Origin: Balanoglossus misakiensis
Lineage: Eukaryota > Animalia > Hemichordata
Assembly (NCBI GenBank): GCA_040954595.2
Contig: CM082576.2
Location: forward strand, 1,648,760-1,712,759
Direction of reading: 5' to 3'
DNA: 64,000 nt
The notes under the pieces were generated by a model. It was not told where the DNA came from and did not search any database. It was given only the letters and a program-made list of their open reading frames with translations. Position 1 is the stretch's first letter. Each line of letters opens with the position of its first letter. A program made the position numbers and the translations under genes. This document shows positions 23,101 to 37,100 of this stretch, piece by piece.

Positions 23101-25174
23101 TTGGCATTGACAGTGCTAGACTTGAATACACCCATGGACACAAGCTGCTGTTTTTTTTGTTTATCACCATATCACTTATAAACAGTCTAGTTCAAGTGAT
23201 AATCAGTGATGACTGCCTCTTTTTAAAATTAAATGCTAATTAAATGACAGAAACAAATATTGTTTTTATCAGGAATATGAAAAAAGCTGCAAAAAAATTG
23301 TAAATGAGGCCAATTTTTGTTAACATTTAATTAAAGTAGGCATTTCATGTTACTGCCAATATTTGTTACGTTTCCAGTCCTGCAGGAGTGGTTCTGTTTT
23401 GACACAGCACAGTCAGCAAACAATAAGAATTGGGAAGGAATCAGATGCTGTACTTTATTCTGTTTTTACTTTTTATAGAATTATATTTAGTTTCAATGCA
23501 TGGCTTTGCCGAAGTTTTGTATGTATTATCAAGCGCGCGCACACAGGGGAACTCAATTGTATACTTTTCACATGACATTGTATACAAGAATAAAATATCT
23601 TCTTACACCAATTGGACAAGTTGAATTATTATGCTTTTTATATCTGAAGCATAGTTATTATCGACGGTCCTAAAACTGCAAGTGGTATTTCCATATATTA
23701 TAGGAGGTTGGGAAGAGTGAATTACCTTTTCCCAACGTGGAAGTTGGAATGGAGAACACACCATGGTTGGTCATTGAGCAGACAATCTACAAAATAATAA
23801 ACACTGACAAAAGAAAACATGATTGACAGAAACTCAGAGAAGCACTCTTGCCCCATCATCTGTAGTCTTGGTTGGCAGCATTTGCCGGTTCATTGATCAC
23901 AACTTGACACAGCAATGTGTTTGGAGTGGACAATTTTGTGCATGCGAAATCAGCGTATTTGGTATTTTGTGTCGCTTACATCCCAATGGGACTGGATTTT
24001 ACAGAAAACTATTTTGTCCAGGATTTCAGAATTTATTGACGTTTAATAAACTGTCTAGAAGCACCTTAGTTGGATTTCAAAAACTTTAAGTTGTATTTAG
24101 GATACTCCACACTAATAAACAAACAAGTGCATAATCATAGGAAGTCTGCTACAGCTGTAGAAATAGCTCTAATAATTCTTACCTTTTCGGGGAGTTCCAA
24201 TTTTGACCAATACTTCACTCATAATGCATTCTTATGGTATCAGATGGCTGTTACATGACCCCTAAACTTTAGAAGACAGAATTTCTTATTACATTTATGA
24301 AATGAAGATCAATTTTCATTTGTCTTTCAAATAAATTTCATTTCTGAGCTCAACAAGAGTCGAAGTTACTAACAAGAACCAACCAAGCTTAGAATTTGTC
24401 AAAAGCACTGTTTGCGTGTTCAGGATGCCAGTTGAAAAATGCAACTCCTTTTTTTTGGTTATGATGAATATAATCTACCATAAACACCATTATTAGAGTA
24501 GGATAAGAAAAACGGTCCAATTTGCGTTTTTGACTGTCTGGGGGATCTATGTTTTCAGGAAGGTCTCTGTGCAGGGAAATCTCTGTCTTCATGATTGAAT
24601 TGAATGAATTCTCATGATGCCTACTTCATTAGATTCTCAAATTTGTCCCAGGTGTTTTGATTTGAAGGTCAGAGGTCAGTCAACTACATTACCAAAGAAA
24701 TTTCACCATGAACAAGGTCAACACACTTTGAAATGGAGCTTTCTTTTCATGGCTAAAACATGAATAATTAAATGTGAAAACCCTTAAATTAAAAATGTAC
24801 TACTTTAAAATGAGTGAACTGATTTGAAAAGAGCATCAGTATATACAACAACTGCATCTAATTGCTGTAAAATCTAGAAACTAGATATTGTGAACCCCAT
24901 AATGACAGGAAAATGTCATTTTAAACATTTTCAAGTGAAAAAAATGTCATAATAAACATTTTTCAGTGAAAAGAAAATGTCCCCTTCATTGTCTGTTTTT
25001 CCAACTATGGCTCTCCAAAGACAGCCATTAGAAACACAACCAGAGAAATACTCTTGTTAAAGAGACAGTGTTCTTAAACTTAAAATATTTCAATGTACAT
25101 TTGAAATTGACTATGATTTTTGTATTTCCCTCTTCATGTGATTCTGCTGGTGTGGCTGCCAACAGCATTTTACA

Positions 25175-28100
25175 TCATGTTCCGCCAATGCTCGGAAGTT
25201 TTCTCATCATAAAACGGGCCTGGGATAAAACAGAGAGAGACATAGACAGAAGCCACAGTTAGTAACATACTTTGCAAAATGGCAGAAAATACCAATCACA
25301 CTAATTAGATTTCACTCACATTCCAGGAACTGACAATTGCATCTGCGGATTACAAGCCAAGAAGCTGAAAACATTACGGCATCAATATCTGATTATGAAA
25401 ACAAAGATATGAGATTTTACCTAAGCATCATCCTTATCAGCTTCTCTTTTTTCTGTTACTATAGCAGCATCACCATGGTAACAAACACAAGTACAATGAC
25501 TTCCCACACACAACTCACCCCAGGGGAGAATCAAAGTTCCACACTCTTCTCTTAAACTCATTATGAAAAGTGCATTCACATCTGATCAATCTTAAAACCA
25601 AATTACCACACATACCAAAACCATTCAAGGGGAAAAATAATCATGCAATAATTAAATTACTGTGTAATCATACTGTGGTTTCACACATTTCTGTACCATT
25701 ATGTATTATTTATCCAAGAGATCCATCAGCTTTTTGTTGTATGTTATAATTTCCCCTGTACATTGTATATATGTCATTCATCTGCCAAGAATTATGGGAA
25801 TGTAATTCAAAGCTATTGCTATCTCCACCTGCACCAGAAGTTGATATGTACACCCAAAGTTTTTTTCAATAAATCCAAAATAAAGTTGGCCATATGCATT
25901 CATCTATTAACACAAGTTTTTGTCAAATTGACATAAGTACATTCAAGTGTGACAATTAATTTTGGCCATTTGGTTCAATGAATACACATACCCGTTCGAG
26001 TACCACAATTTCATTACTATGGCGACAGGAGTAGACTCTGATACTCCCTCGCTATCGGGATATAAGATGCTCATACTTGGGTCAATGTGATGGGCAAGAC
26101 ACACTTGGGTAACACATGCTCCTTGTCATGATCTCAAGTCACAGTCCAATCGAAAGGAAACAAAACTGTGATTGGCTCTATGTCTACCTTATATTATATT
26201 TTTTCTAATCAAGAATAACATGACACACAGAGCAGTGATGCTGAAGATGTCAAGCGACAAACTGGTACAAACCAGACACATCTATGTGATGTACTTGGAT
26301 CACATTCTCTTTGAACAACACTGGCTGGAATGATTTTGGGTTTAGACGGTATGTCAGTGTTGTCTGACTGTCAATCTTGTCACCTTGGTGACAGGCGACA
26401 ATTTATTGAAGATGACTCAACCTGTCAGTCTATTTTACCCAACACCATGATCTTTAACGTCTTTGTGTTAACATCTTTGTGTTCATGAAATCACAAACTT
26501 TAATTCAAATTTGGTATAAAAACTCTCACATCAACCATATGATTGTGTTGACCATTACAAGTTTAATCCACCAAGATGTCCCCCAGAATGCAAAGCGTCA
26601 CGTGGGATTTTGCCAGCATGGCCGAAACTCGTTCTTTGGTTCAATTCATGTTCACAAGAACCAGTTGGCTGCTTTTGGTAACAAAATGCAGATGCAGGCT
26701 TACTCGTGTTATTGCACATTATATATACAGGAGTAAAGAAATCTGTGATTTTGCTGAAAATGTGTGATTGAGAGAAGGTGTGTGGCAAGATAGTACAGAG
26801 AATAATAACTGGAGTGCATATTAACATTTTGTTTACCCCTATTATGCAAAAGTATGCAAAAATGTAGCGTGACATAGACACTGTGTGTTACTATCAAATC
26901 AATGATGCATAGTGCAATAACAATTACATGCGATTTTCCATGATAATTGAATTTATGTGGTTGTTTGTCTTGTATTTCCATGACAACTACACAAACAAAA
27001 ACAAAAATCTGGCCAATTTTCCTTTCATCATATCATGTGGTGCAAAATGGAGACACTTCTAGCTTTGACTACATGCTGATTTTTTACTAATTGTTTTTTT
27101 ATTATTCTTTTTTTGGGGGGGACATTTGAGCTGAAATTACTTGAAAGTAAGATAGACAAGTAGTACCCGGCTCAACTCTGGCCAAAAGTCTCCATCTTGT
27201 TCGCCAGGCTTGGTAGTTTAGGAATGAGAGATTTGGTCTGAAGAACAAACAGCACAGCACATGTGGAAAGAAAGAATAAAAAAAAGAGACAATGGAGCAG
27301 TATATTAGTGTATCAAAAGCAATTACCCCCAAAAAACCACAACAATGAATATTACAGCCAACAGACAACAATGCCATGAAGATGCAATCAGATGAAAAAA
27401 TGTTCACTAAGCACTCAATTCACATCAAAAAATTAACATGACACAATTACATATATAGCTATACATGTAATTGAGTTCTATGAACTATCTGAAAGAAGTT
27501 TTTTTTATACAGTAACATCTATAAAGAGACCATGCTTCTTGACCATGCAAATAGTTGAAGGATTACGTACAATTAGAGGTGTCATAATTCATGCAACCTA
27601 CAATTATTCCTTAAATTGTTTAATTGTGAAAAAAGAGAACTTGTTGGTCAGACGTAAAGACAACCCATTGGCAAAAAAAAAAAAAAACTGAAAACAGTTT
27701 TATAAGTTCTTGGCAGAACTGAAGGTTAAAGTGCAAAGGTGAAAGGTGACAAAAGGATGGAAGAGAGAGAGAGAGAGTAAAAGAAAAGAAGCTTCTAGTA
27801 CATATCTTTCTAGTGCGTAGTGGAGAAACAGAATTGTACCTTTCTCAACAGAATCTACAAAAAAAGCAAGGATAGAAAAGTAAACAATGTCACTAGTCTT
27901 ATACTGCAAGGAGGGCTGCCTATGGTGACAAAAAACTGAGGTTGAAACTAAAATCTTATAAAGTTTAGGTTAGTTAAATGATGTCAGCCATCTCAACATA
28001 AATTCCATAGCTCTGGGTTCAGAGTTTTAGAGGAGCAAGTTATGTTAGGTTATAAGATGCACCTGTTAGTGAATTACACACGGAGATAGTTCCATTTGAA

Positions 28101-31100
28101 GATGTTACTGAGAAGATCTCTTTGAACACATTCAAAATCACCAATATTTTAAAAGGTATTAATATTTAGATCATCATTTCAGACGAAATAACCAAATGTC
28201 CACTCTTCAACATACCAATAGAAGGAACAAAAAAATAAATCAAAAAGTTAACAATAGCAGTGTTCTTGTTACTTTGACATACACAGGATAAGATCACACC
28301 ACTGTACACACCACACAACAACTCATCGTACAACAGCCATAGTTGTCAACAATGCTACTATTTAATAGCAAGCAACCTGAAGGCCCAGAGCAAAGCACAT
28401 GTTAGCCGTAAAAGGTCTTCATCAGTTTTTGGAACACTTGTTATTGAACTTGTGCCCAGGATATCTGTACAAAGTAGTTGCATGTATTTGCAGAATCAGA
28501 ATCCACAATACCCTTTGCAGAGGCATGCATATAAAACACTATTTTTAACCCTTTCAGACCAGAATTTGGTTGAATCCCCTCTGTCTTCTACCGGTATATG
28601 TATGGGAATGTAGGGGAATGGAGCAGAAGTGTCTGTGTAATTATTTTATGTTTGAGTACCCGGTAACTTAAATAATGTTGACTCCACAAAAACATGCGCA
28701 GTATTATTACAAAGCTGTCATTCTTGGTTTGTGTGTGGTGTGCGTGTGTGTGGAAGTGTGCGTAGTACATATTGCAGGGGTATATGGATACCATACAATC
28801 AACAGCAACACTACATTTTATTTCAACCACGGGGGTCATGGGGGATTTCCACAATCATTCTCTACATTGTCATTAGAGCTATGCTCACTAAATTTCAGAC
28901 AAAAAATCTCTACGTCTGGCATTGTATTCAATCCCTGTTCATTTCTGTCTTAGTTCAGTGATCCTCTTTTTATATCATGAAATTAAGACTATTTTCTGAA
29001 CTGACTACCATAGTGAGTCACTCATGCTTTACAGAATATAGGAAATTAAAATAAAATAAGCAACATTAGTAGTTAAAAAATGAAAGAAACCAAGACATCT
29101 ATAGAAGAAAATGTCTGTGAAATGCCATAGACACATGCATTCGTCATCTGCCGACTCTGAAGATCTTCCAAATGGCAGGAAATAGGGTTAATACCAGGTG
29201 GAACATTGTTCAATTACAGAATGTTAAGAAATATAGCTATCATAAAACTGATCACAGGTTTTAGATAACTTTGAATAAAATGCATGTCTCAGCAATGCTG
29301 GAAATTTTAACCACAAAAGAATATTAATATTCTGGGCAATATTTTGATATGTCCTAATCGTCTGACCAACACTGGTTATGATTAAACTTAATAATCAAAT
29401 CAATTCTAATTACATAACTGATCTCTGTCCTTTTTTATATGACATGATGACATGAATATGAAATTTGAAAAATATGAAAAATAATTGTAAATATCATTCC
29501 TCCTTATTTCTTTCTGGTGATAAGCTTATAGACATTCATCCTTACAAGCAAAAATCATTTTGAAAGTAATTCTCCCTTAGCTATAGGATTAATGTGTGCC
29601 AACTTTATGAGAAAAATAGTGTCAATGACACTATGCTTCCATTTGAAGGGTTACAGTATATAAATTTCCACCACAAAGTTAATCTACTAGGCCCCGTCCC
29701 AACACATTAATGGTTCAGCCCTTCTACAGGCCGTTTTCAGCCTATACGAACAGCTTCTATTTGCATATTCATTTTGCAAATGGAAGCTAAAAATGACTGC
29801 CCCTTATCTTGAATATCAGTATCACAGACATGTCTGATACTGATCAGTGACAGACTTGTATATGTAGAAGGTAAAAACAAAATGGCTGCCAATCTACAGA
29901 ACTTTAGGTGGCAAAACAAAATGACATGCAAAAGTAAATGATAGTGCACGATTCTTGTGCTTCATTAGAAAAGAAATCAGTCGAGCTATACAGAGAAATT
30001 ACTATAAACAGATACATGCAGGGAGAGACATAGAACCCATTCTGTTATGCAGGGATGATTTTACATCTGATAGTTTGACAAATTATGCCAATCCTGTGCT
30101 TTATCCAAATTTGCATTTGCAACTATTTTTTACTTGTGTTTCTACTTAAACCACAATGGAACAAGCTTCAGTCTTGTACACTTAATCGGTTTACTAAGAA
30201 ATTCACAATGATTGGAAATGATTTGAGCCAAACCTGCATTTACTTCTAAAAGTCTGGACCAAAACAATACTCATCACATCTATCAAGATGATTTTGTACA
30301 GGGATGAATAGTGTGATGTCATCTACACAATTTTGTAACATCAAATAATGAAGTTTTTTTTAAATTACTAAATTGAATCTATAGTAATAAAAATTCTCCA
30401 ATTCCTTGATGTCACAGGTTAGAAAAAACCGGAGTAATCCTTACCTTCTTCTTTGGATTAAGAAGTTCCCTGTATTGATCAGATCGAAGGTAACGTGGAT
30501 AGCTATCGCTCTTCATAAGTTGAAAGATATGTTCCATGGCAGGATCAAATGTGTACCTTCCTGGCTCTTGCATATTGTCTTTAATACTCTCATGCACCTT
30601 GGAGTCAATGTTGATCGGACTATGTGCAGCCGGCGAAAGAAACTCACTGTAACAAACAAGGTTTGGTTTCTCATTGAGTTAATATTACTACATAACTGTA
30701 ACATTGCTTGCTTTAATTTACCACGAATACACAGTTGCAATATGCTTTTGAGCACAGCTACTTCAGGTAACCCAATAATTCAAAGTTCTGAATAAAAAAG
30801 TTTTATCTGTTTCACTTACTCATATATCTCTCTGACTTTGTCTGCCACTTGACTAAGAGCAGTACCCTGAAGTTCACCACCAGCAAGCCAAAATCTAACA
30901 GATGCAAAATTGGATATTGAATAAGTAAACAGGTGTCAATAAGGTTTAATAAAGTGATCATATTACTGCACATCTCGACTAATGTACATCATAGTACCAG
31001 TACATTGTTATGTACCAAGTTTGAATGGACGGACTGATAGATAGACTGATGCATGGACAGACAAGACAGAACACAAGTCATAAATCTTCTGAGACAACAC

Positions 31101-34100
31101 ACAAGGGGAACTTCACCAGTACACATGAAATTTTCTCACTTTACAAACAAGATATTATCTCAAGTTACCTTAGGTTTTCATCACTGAATTCTTTGGCTAA
31201 AAACTTTCCAAACTGTTCCCTCCCAAGTGGATCCATAAGTAGTTCATCCAAGGTAAAACCCCATCTTTTAACTCTCCAGATGGGCACATCTCTTAGACTC
31301 CTGCAATTACAATTTAGACCAACCATGGGAATTAATAGTTGTTAAACTATCAGGACCATCTCCAGTTTATGTGACAAAATGAGATGGTCTCTTATGGAGG
31401 AAAATATTGATTTCTAACTACCAGTATTTCACAGTCCTCATTCTATGAATGAAAACATGCCATGAACATGCTTTTATTACATATGTGGGTTTATTGCCTG
31501 AAATAAAGTTTATTATAATCATAATCATAAACACGCACTTTTCTCTACCAATTTATTGTCACATATGGCCCTTGTCATTCATTTAAAAACTTTTTCCTAA
31601 GTGCTGCTCACACATTTACAGACATGCACATCTGAATAAATCATAATGGGAATGCAATGAAGCATAAATTTCTAGAGATGTGTTGCAAAAATATTTATAT
31701 GTTTATATTGGCTGGCCATATCTGGAAAACTGTATGACCTGTTCCCCCTTCAGTGCTTTTGTAGTAATCAGCATTGTTATTGGTGAAAATTGAATTCAAG
31801 TCCGGACCTGAATTTATTTGTCAACAATAACAGTGACACTAACTCACATACAAGCTTTGTTGAGAAGCTACGGACTGAACATTTCATAAAGCTACCCAGA
31901 GTAGATCAAGAAACTAGAGTTGATACATGGCAGAAAAATACTGAAAAAAGAACCAAAAGTTAACATCTGCAGCAATGAGTATTAATACTTACAAAGTCTT
32001 TGATAGATCCCATAGAGTGGTGTCATCTGTAATCCATGGATTTGATGGATCTGGAGTTGTGATAAATGCGTCATACTCTGCATATTGTTGACAAGAAGCT
32101 ATTAATCTGCAACAAAACAAACAAGGAGAACACTTTTAGTGATAAATAAGTTCATACTTTATGGGGTAAGTGAACTGCAGGCACTTCTAAAAACAAAGGG
32201 AGGACACATGTAATCTGCTACTGTTTGGATTGTCATGATGAGTCATTTTCTTATTCCACAACATTCTCAGTTCATCCTCTAGTGTTTCTAGATCCAAGAG
32301 AGATTTAATATTTTGCCATAAAATGAAATACTAGGCATGAATTACTTACAGTTCTGCAATTTTTGACAGTTTATATTTCCTTCGGTCTAATCTTTTCTTG
32401 AGACCTTCAATCTGCAAAATAAGCATTGTGTAATTTGTCATCTAAAAGTGCACATACATACGGTACACACACATAGGTACACACACACACACACACACGT
32501 ACATTTATAGAATTTCATGAAATAATACACCACTTTAAACTGTCAGCCACTTACATGCTGTTGCAGATCTTCTATAGGTGCGCGTAAATCTGAATCTGAT
32601 ACACTGGGGCTTATTCTGCCACCCGGAACATTATATGCCATTTGCTGGTAAAAAAAAATATATTTTATTTAGAGTAGTTCAAATTATATGAAACGTAAAA
32701 TGATAAACATGCAAATTAATTGTAGTAAATTTACTTTTGGGGGGGGGGTGAATTAAATTATGATCAATTTAGAAAATGTCAGAGCTTGGAGAATACTTGA
32801 AGTCATGGATGTTTGAGTAATAGAAATGTAATAGTTTCAATCAAAATAATGTTGCGTTATTGGATCCTATTGCAAAACAAATTATGACACGAATGGGTAT
32901 GCATATCCATGTCATGGTAAACTCTCTTTGTAGCAAGCTTGCATAAAATCAATTCAGGCATTTCTGAGTAATGGCTCCAGACAGAAAGGTGGTTGCATAA
33001 ATGGCCATGGGGACAAAAGTTACACCGACAGGGGAATTCTATGTCGCAGAGATTCAAAGATATGATATATTTGAAGTTGTAGAGTCAGCATGAATTTTCT
33101 TTGATGTGTAATGGACAATAGAAAACAGATCACATATGAATAATGCACATTTACTAGCAATGCTGTGGTTGATGTGACAATCTCCTCAAACGTTTGGTAG
33201 AAACGCAGAAATATCTTGTATACACACTGGTATGTGACTGCAAAGTATCCACATTTGAAATTCATCAGGCATTCTAGGCAGGATGTAAAGGGCAATGCAT
33301 AAAAACCCACATATAGAGAAGCAGATGTTGACCTAAATAACCTTGTCATCCGCAGTGACAATATTGATTTATTTGTTCAGGACAACAAACATCTTTTGAC
33401 AATCTGTTTTATTATACTTTTATGTCTCTTTGCAATGACAGTTACAACTCAGGTAGATCAAATCTTGATGACCACAAATGACAGATTCTTCAATATATAT
33501 CACTTCCCAAGTGGCAGGGGAAAACACAAAATCTTCCAGACCCTCAAAGAGTTTAGGCTTTTTAGTGTTTTTTTTCTGAGTTCAAGAAGGGGGGCTATCT
33601 AAGTAAATCCATGATAGCAAGGGCAATATCGCACTTTGTTCCCTGCTCAAAGGATGACAGTGATATTGATGATGCCCAATCCAAAAGGGGAGGGTACCAT
33701 TAATATTACTCTCATTGGCACCAGCCAACTGGTTAGAAATCGTGATATTACCCTCACCATCATATCCTTTACTTTTATTACTCCCAAACACACACTGACA
33801 TAGACATTGATTGACAAGTCTATGTACAATGTAGGCTAACTGACATTTCACAGTGCTTGACTTAAGCTGCTTATAAATTGCTATGAGCATCTTACAACCA
33901 TCAGAAATACCTTCGCTATTTACAAAATTTAAGTTAAGGCATATGGTTGGTTGACAGTTGAAATACTCGATGCCACCGTGCTGTTTTTATGAGTTTCTCC
34001 CTTCTGCATAATAATGAGCCACCAGATGTTCGTAGGTATAGTCTGTGTGCTTAACTTTAATCTGAATAATAAAAATGTCCCCCACATGATCGGGAGCCAA

Positions 34101-37100
34101 TTAACTCTGTGTAACTTTCCCCCAAATACTTACTTTCTTTGTTTTGAGTGGTTTATTAAGCCGACATGCCTTCTTGATGTCCATTTCAGTTGTGTTAACA
34201 CATCCTGGTACAGGTCTATGAACATCCCAAAAGGCTCTCTCTTGACTGTCTAAAACTTTCCTTTCCATCTTATCCCTCTTCTTGTCAACTCTTGCAAAGA
34301 TAAAAGGGTGGACATGGTAAAGGTTTCCAGCCAAAATGTTAACCCCATCAAACTGAGTATTTTTGGCCACAGTTGCTTCAAAAAATTAACCAAGACAATG
34401 TCATGGGTCAAAGTTCCATGGCCACTTACTTTGCCTGAGCTTCAGCTTGCATAAAGATGAATTCCCACTTTCTTGAAAACATTCTTTGAAGTCTTGCAAG
34501 ATTTTCCTAAATCAACAGATGGAGTGGAAAAAAATGAATACAAGAATTAGTATAAAGCTATCTGATGGATTAAAATTGATGAATTCCATGTCTGGAATCA
34601 CTTGGAGTAAATGAATAATTAAACAGTGTACACTTCATAGCAGATTGACACTGTTACAGCATTACCATTTGCAAGGATTGAATCCTCTTTCAGACTGGCA
34701 AAACAAGATTGATGTCCCACATCAAACACAAACATAGCACACCAGGTACAACATGCACGGGTCTCATATATTAATTGGGTGAGCACTGCAAGCATTCAGT
34801 ATAGGTACAGCAATTTATCTCACTCAAGATGCATAGAAGAATGTCTCGAACACATGTTCAATCTCACAGGCATGGTGCCCTATACATGTTGTATTGCAAT
34901 TTTTATGTGTCGTGTGTGCTGAATGCTTAGAGGCATTTTGGAAGAATACTTGGAATATTACAGATTTATAAATTTTGATACCAGGGTACTCAAGACAATT
35001 TCCTAAATTTCACTTGCAGCTTCTACAGGAATCACTGCTCAGTTGCAGGTACATGTATCTTCAGTCTCATCACATCACATCACATCACATGGCATCACAT
35101 CACATCACATACAAATTTGCATGTCGCAATAGTTTAAAGGAGCACCCATGAAGTTACAATAATTGATGATGACTGAATAACTTACTGCTTCATAATCTGC
35201 AAGTTCCAATCTGGATTTATTTTGCATAGTTCTTTTACAGAGATAGACAGCTGTTGGCATGACGACAGGAGTGAAGGAAAAGTAACAACATAGATCAGAA
35301 AGAAATCATGTGTGAGAACATGAACGGGATGTTATGAATTTTAATTAGGTCTTCACTCCATTTATTTAACAGTAGTGAAGAATACATGTATGTGGTATGT
35401 TTTATGCAAAAATTAAAGAAGGGAGATCTTACAATGCAATGTATCATACATGTAACATTAATAACCTAAGATTGAACAAACAAAAAGCATGACAGTAATG
35501 ATATCTGAATGACAGAAATCAGTTATGGATGGGAGAAAATTTCCAGGATATTTATTAATAAATTTTGGTGAAATAATTAGCCATAATGATACAGCTTACA
35601 ATGATAGTACAAATATTATCCCTGCACTAGGAACTATTAAATCAAGCATCAGTCAGCATGATTGAAACCAACACAGTCATTCATTAGATATTCAAAAAGA
35701 AAGTGGACTGATTGATATAATAATGTATCCAAGGTAATAGAGTTACTTACCATAATCTGTGTTTTCGGGTTCCCAGTGATTTGAAGGCCAGAAATAGGGT
35801 GTTTGAAATCTATAGAAGGTATTGTCATCTTTCAGTGTAAGGACATGATCAGTTATTGGAAAAAAATACCCATGTGCTGATACTAATGACCCTAGGTGAA
35901 TTGCCTCCGCTGAAAATTAGAAAACAGTAAGTTAGATTAAAATAATTGGAGGATATCTTTGACCAATCAGTGTTAGACAGAGTAACCTTGGCAACACACA
36001 ATTTAAAGAAGTCAGGTAATTTCAGTGACCGTGTATTGATATTATCTTTGACAAGCACACTTTGTACGGATGTATTCTGCATCTTTTTAATCTAGTCTTG
36101 TTTTAGACCGTGTGATTCTGCCAAGAAAGGGTTCATGTTGTCCTCTGCCAGCCATGTTTTGTTTTAATCGTGATAAAAAGTGTCAACTTAAAGATAGTGA
36201 CATCATCTGGCACATACTCATCAGTTCTGACTTCATGTGATGCCCTATTTAATTCCCATTCTGGGATGGAATAATCAAAAGAAGTGAAAAGGCAGGGTAA
36301 ATCCACTTATCCATGAAATATGAACCTTCTGGGCAGAATAGATAAAAGGTGAAAGACCTGGCACATCAGATGTCAAATGGCATTACTGACGTCAATCACA
36401 AACAACCTTGTATGGGTCATGACAGCTTCTTTCACTGACACAGTTCAACTAGCAATTTAACCACTAACAACATAGCCATTGAATCCGACAAAAATAGCCA
36501 ATCACTCGCCAATTCTCCATCTTTACACTTATCATCAGAATTAAACAGGAAGTCAATTGGACTCAACAAAGTTCAACTGCACCATATGTTGATGTATGGT
36601 TAAAAGTTCCACTGTAACTATCTCTGGTCATGTTTTCTATCACATACATCTAAGAACAATATTAATGAACATTTCTCGACATTTCTTTTAATGAGTGCTT
36701 TTTAATATAAGTTCAAATGGAATTGCACCGACTTCAGCGACAATTTGATTTCTCATGATCTTGTGCTCTGTGATTCATTATTCTTTCACCACTTTGACCC
36801 TTGATATGTTGGACATGAATATTAGAAATGGGGTCACAGAGTTTAACTGTATGTACCAATAACTATCCAGTGATTCTCCAATGTCCCATACTTGTGAATT
36901 GCTGCAACACCTACCGGGTATATTTATTAAACTTTCCAAAGGTTGAATTAATACAAGTGACTGTTTAGGTGTGCATGGCTACATGCAAAAATGATATTAT
37001 CCACACATCTCAGTAATTTTATGTCTGGTGGTAATACCAGGTGATGAACGAAACAAGGTTTAGTAAAATCTTTTTCACCTGAGAATGGTCAATATTTGGA

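Noticed and set aside
28545-29191. TTAA-CCCT ... AGGG-TTAA as a piggyBac-like element
   Set aside because: The inverted match beyond CCCT is poor, so the two ends cannot be shown to belong to one element.
33762-33770. ATATCCTTT as an AT-AC U12 donor
   Set aside because: It is on the strand opposite the RGS gene, at the edge of a palindromic repeat, with no adjoining exon.
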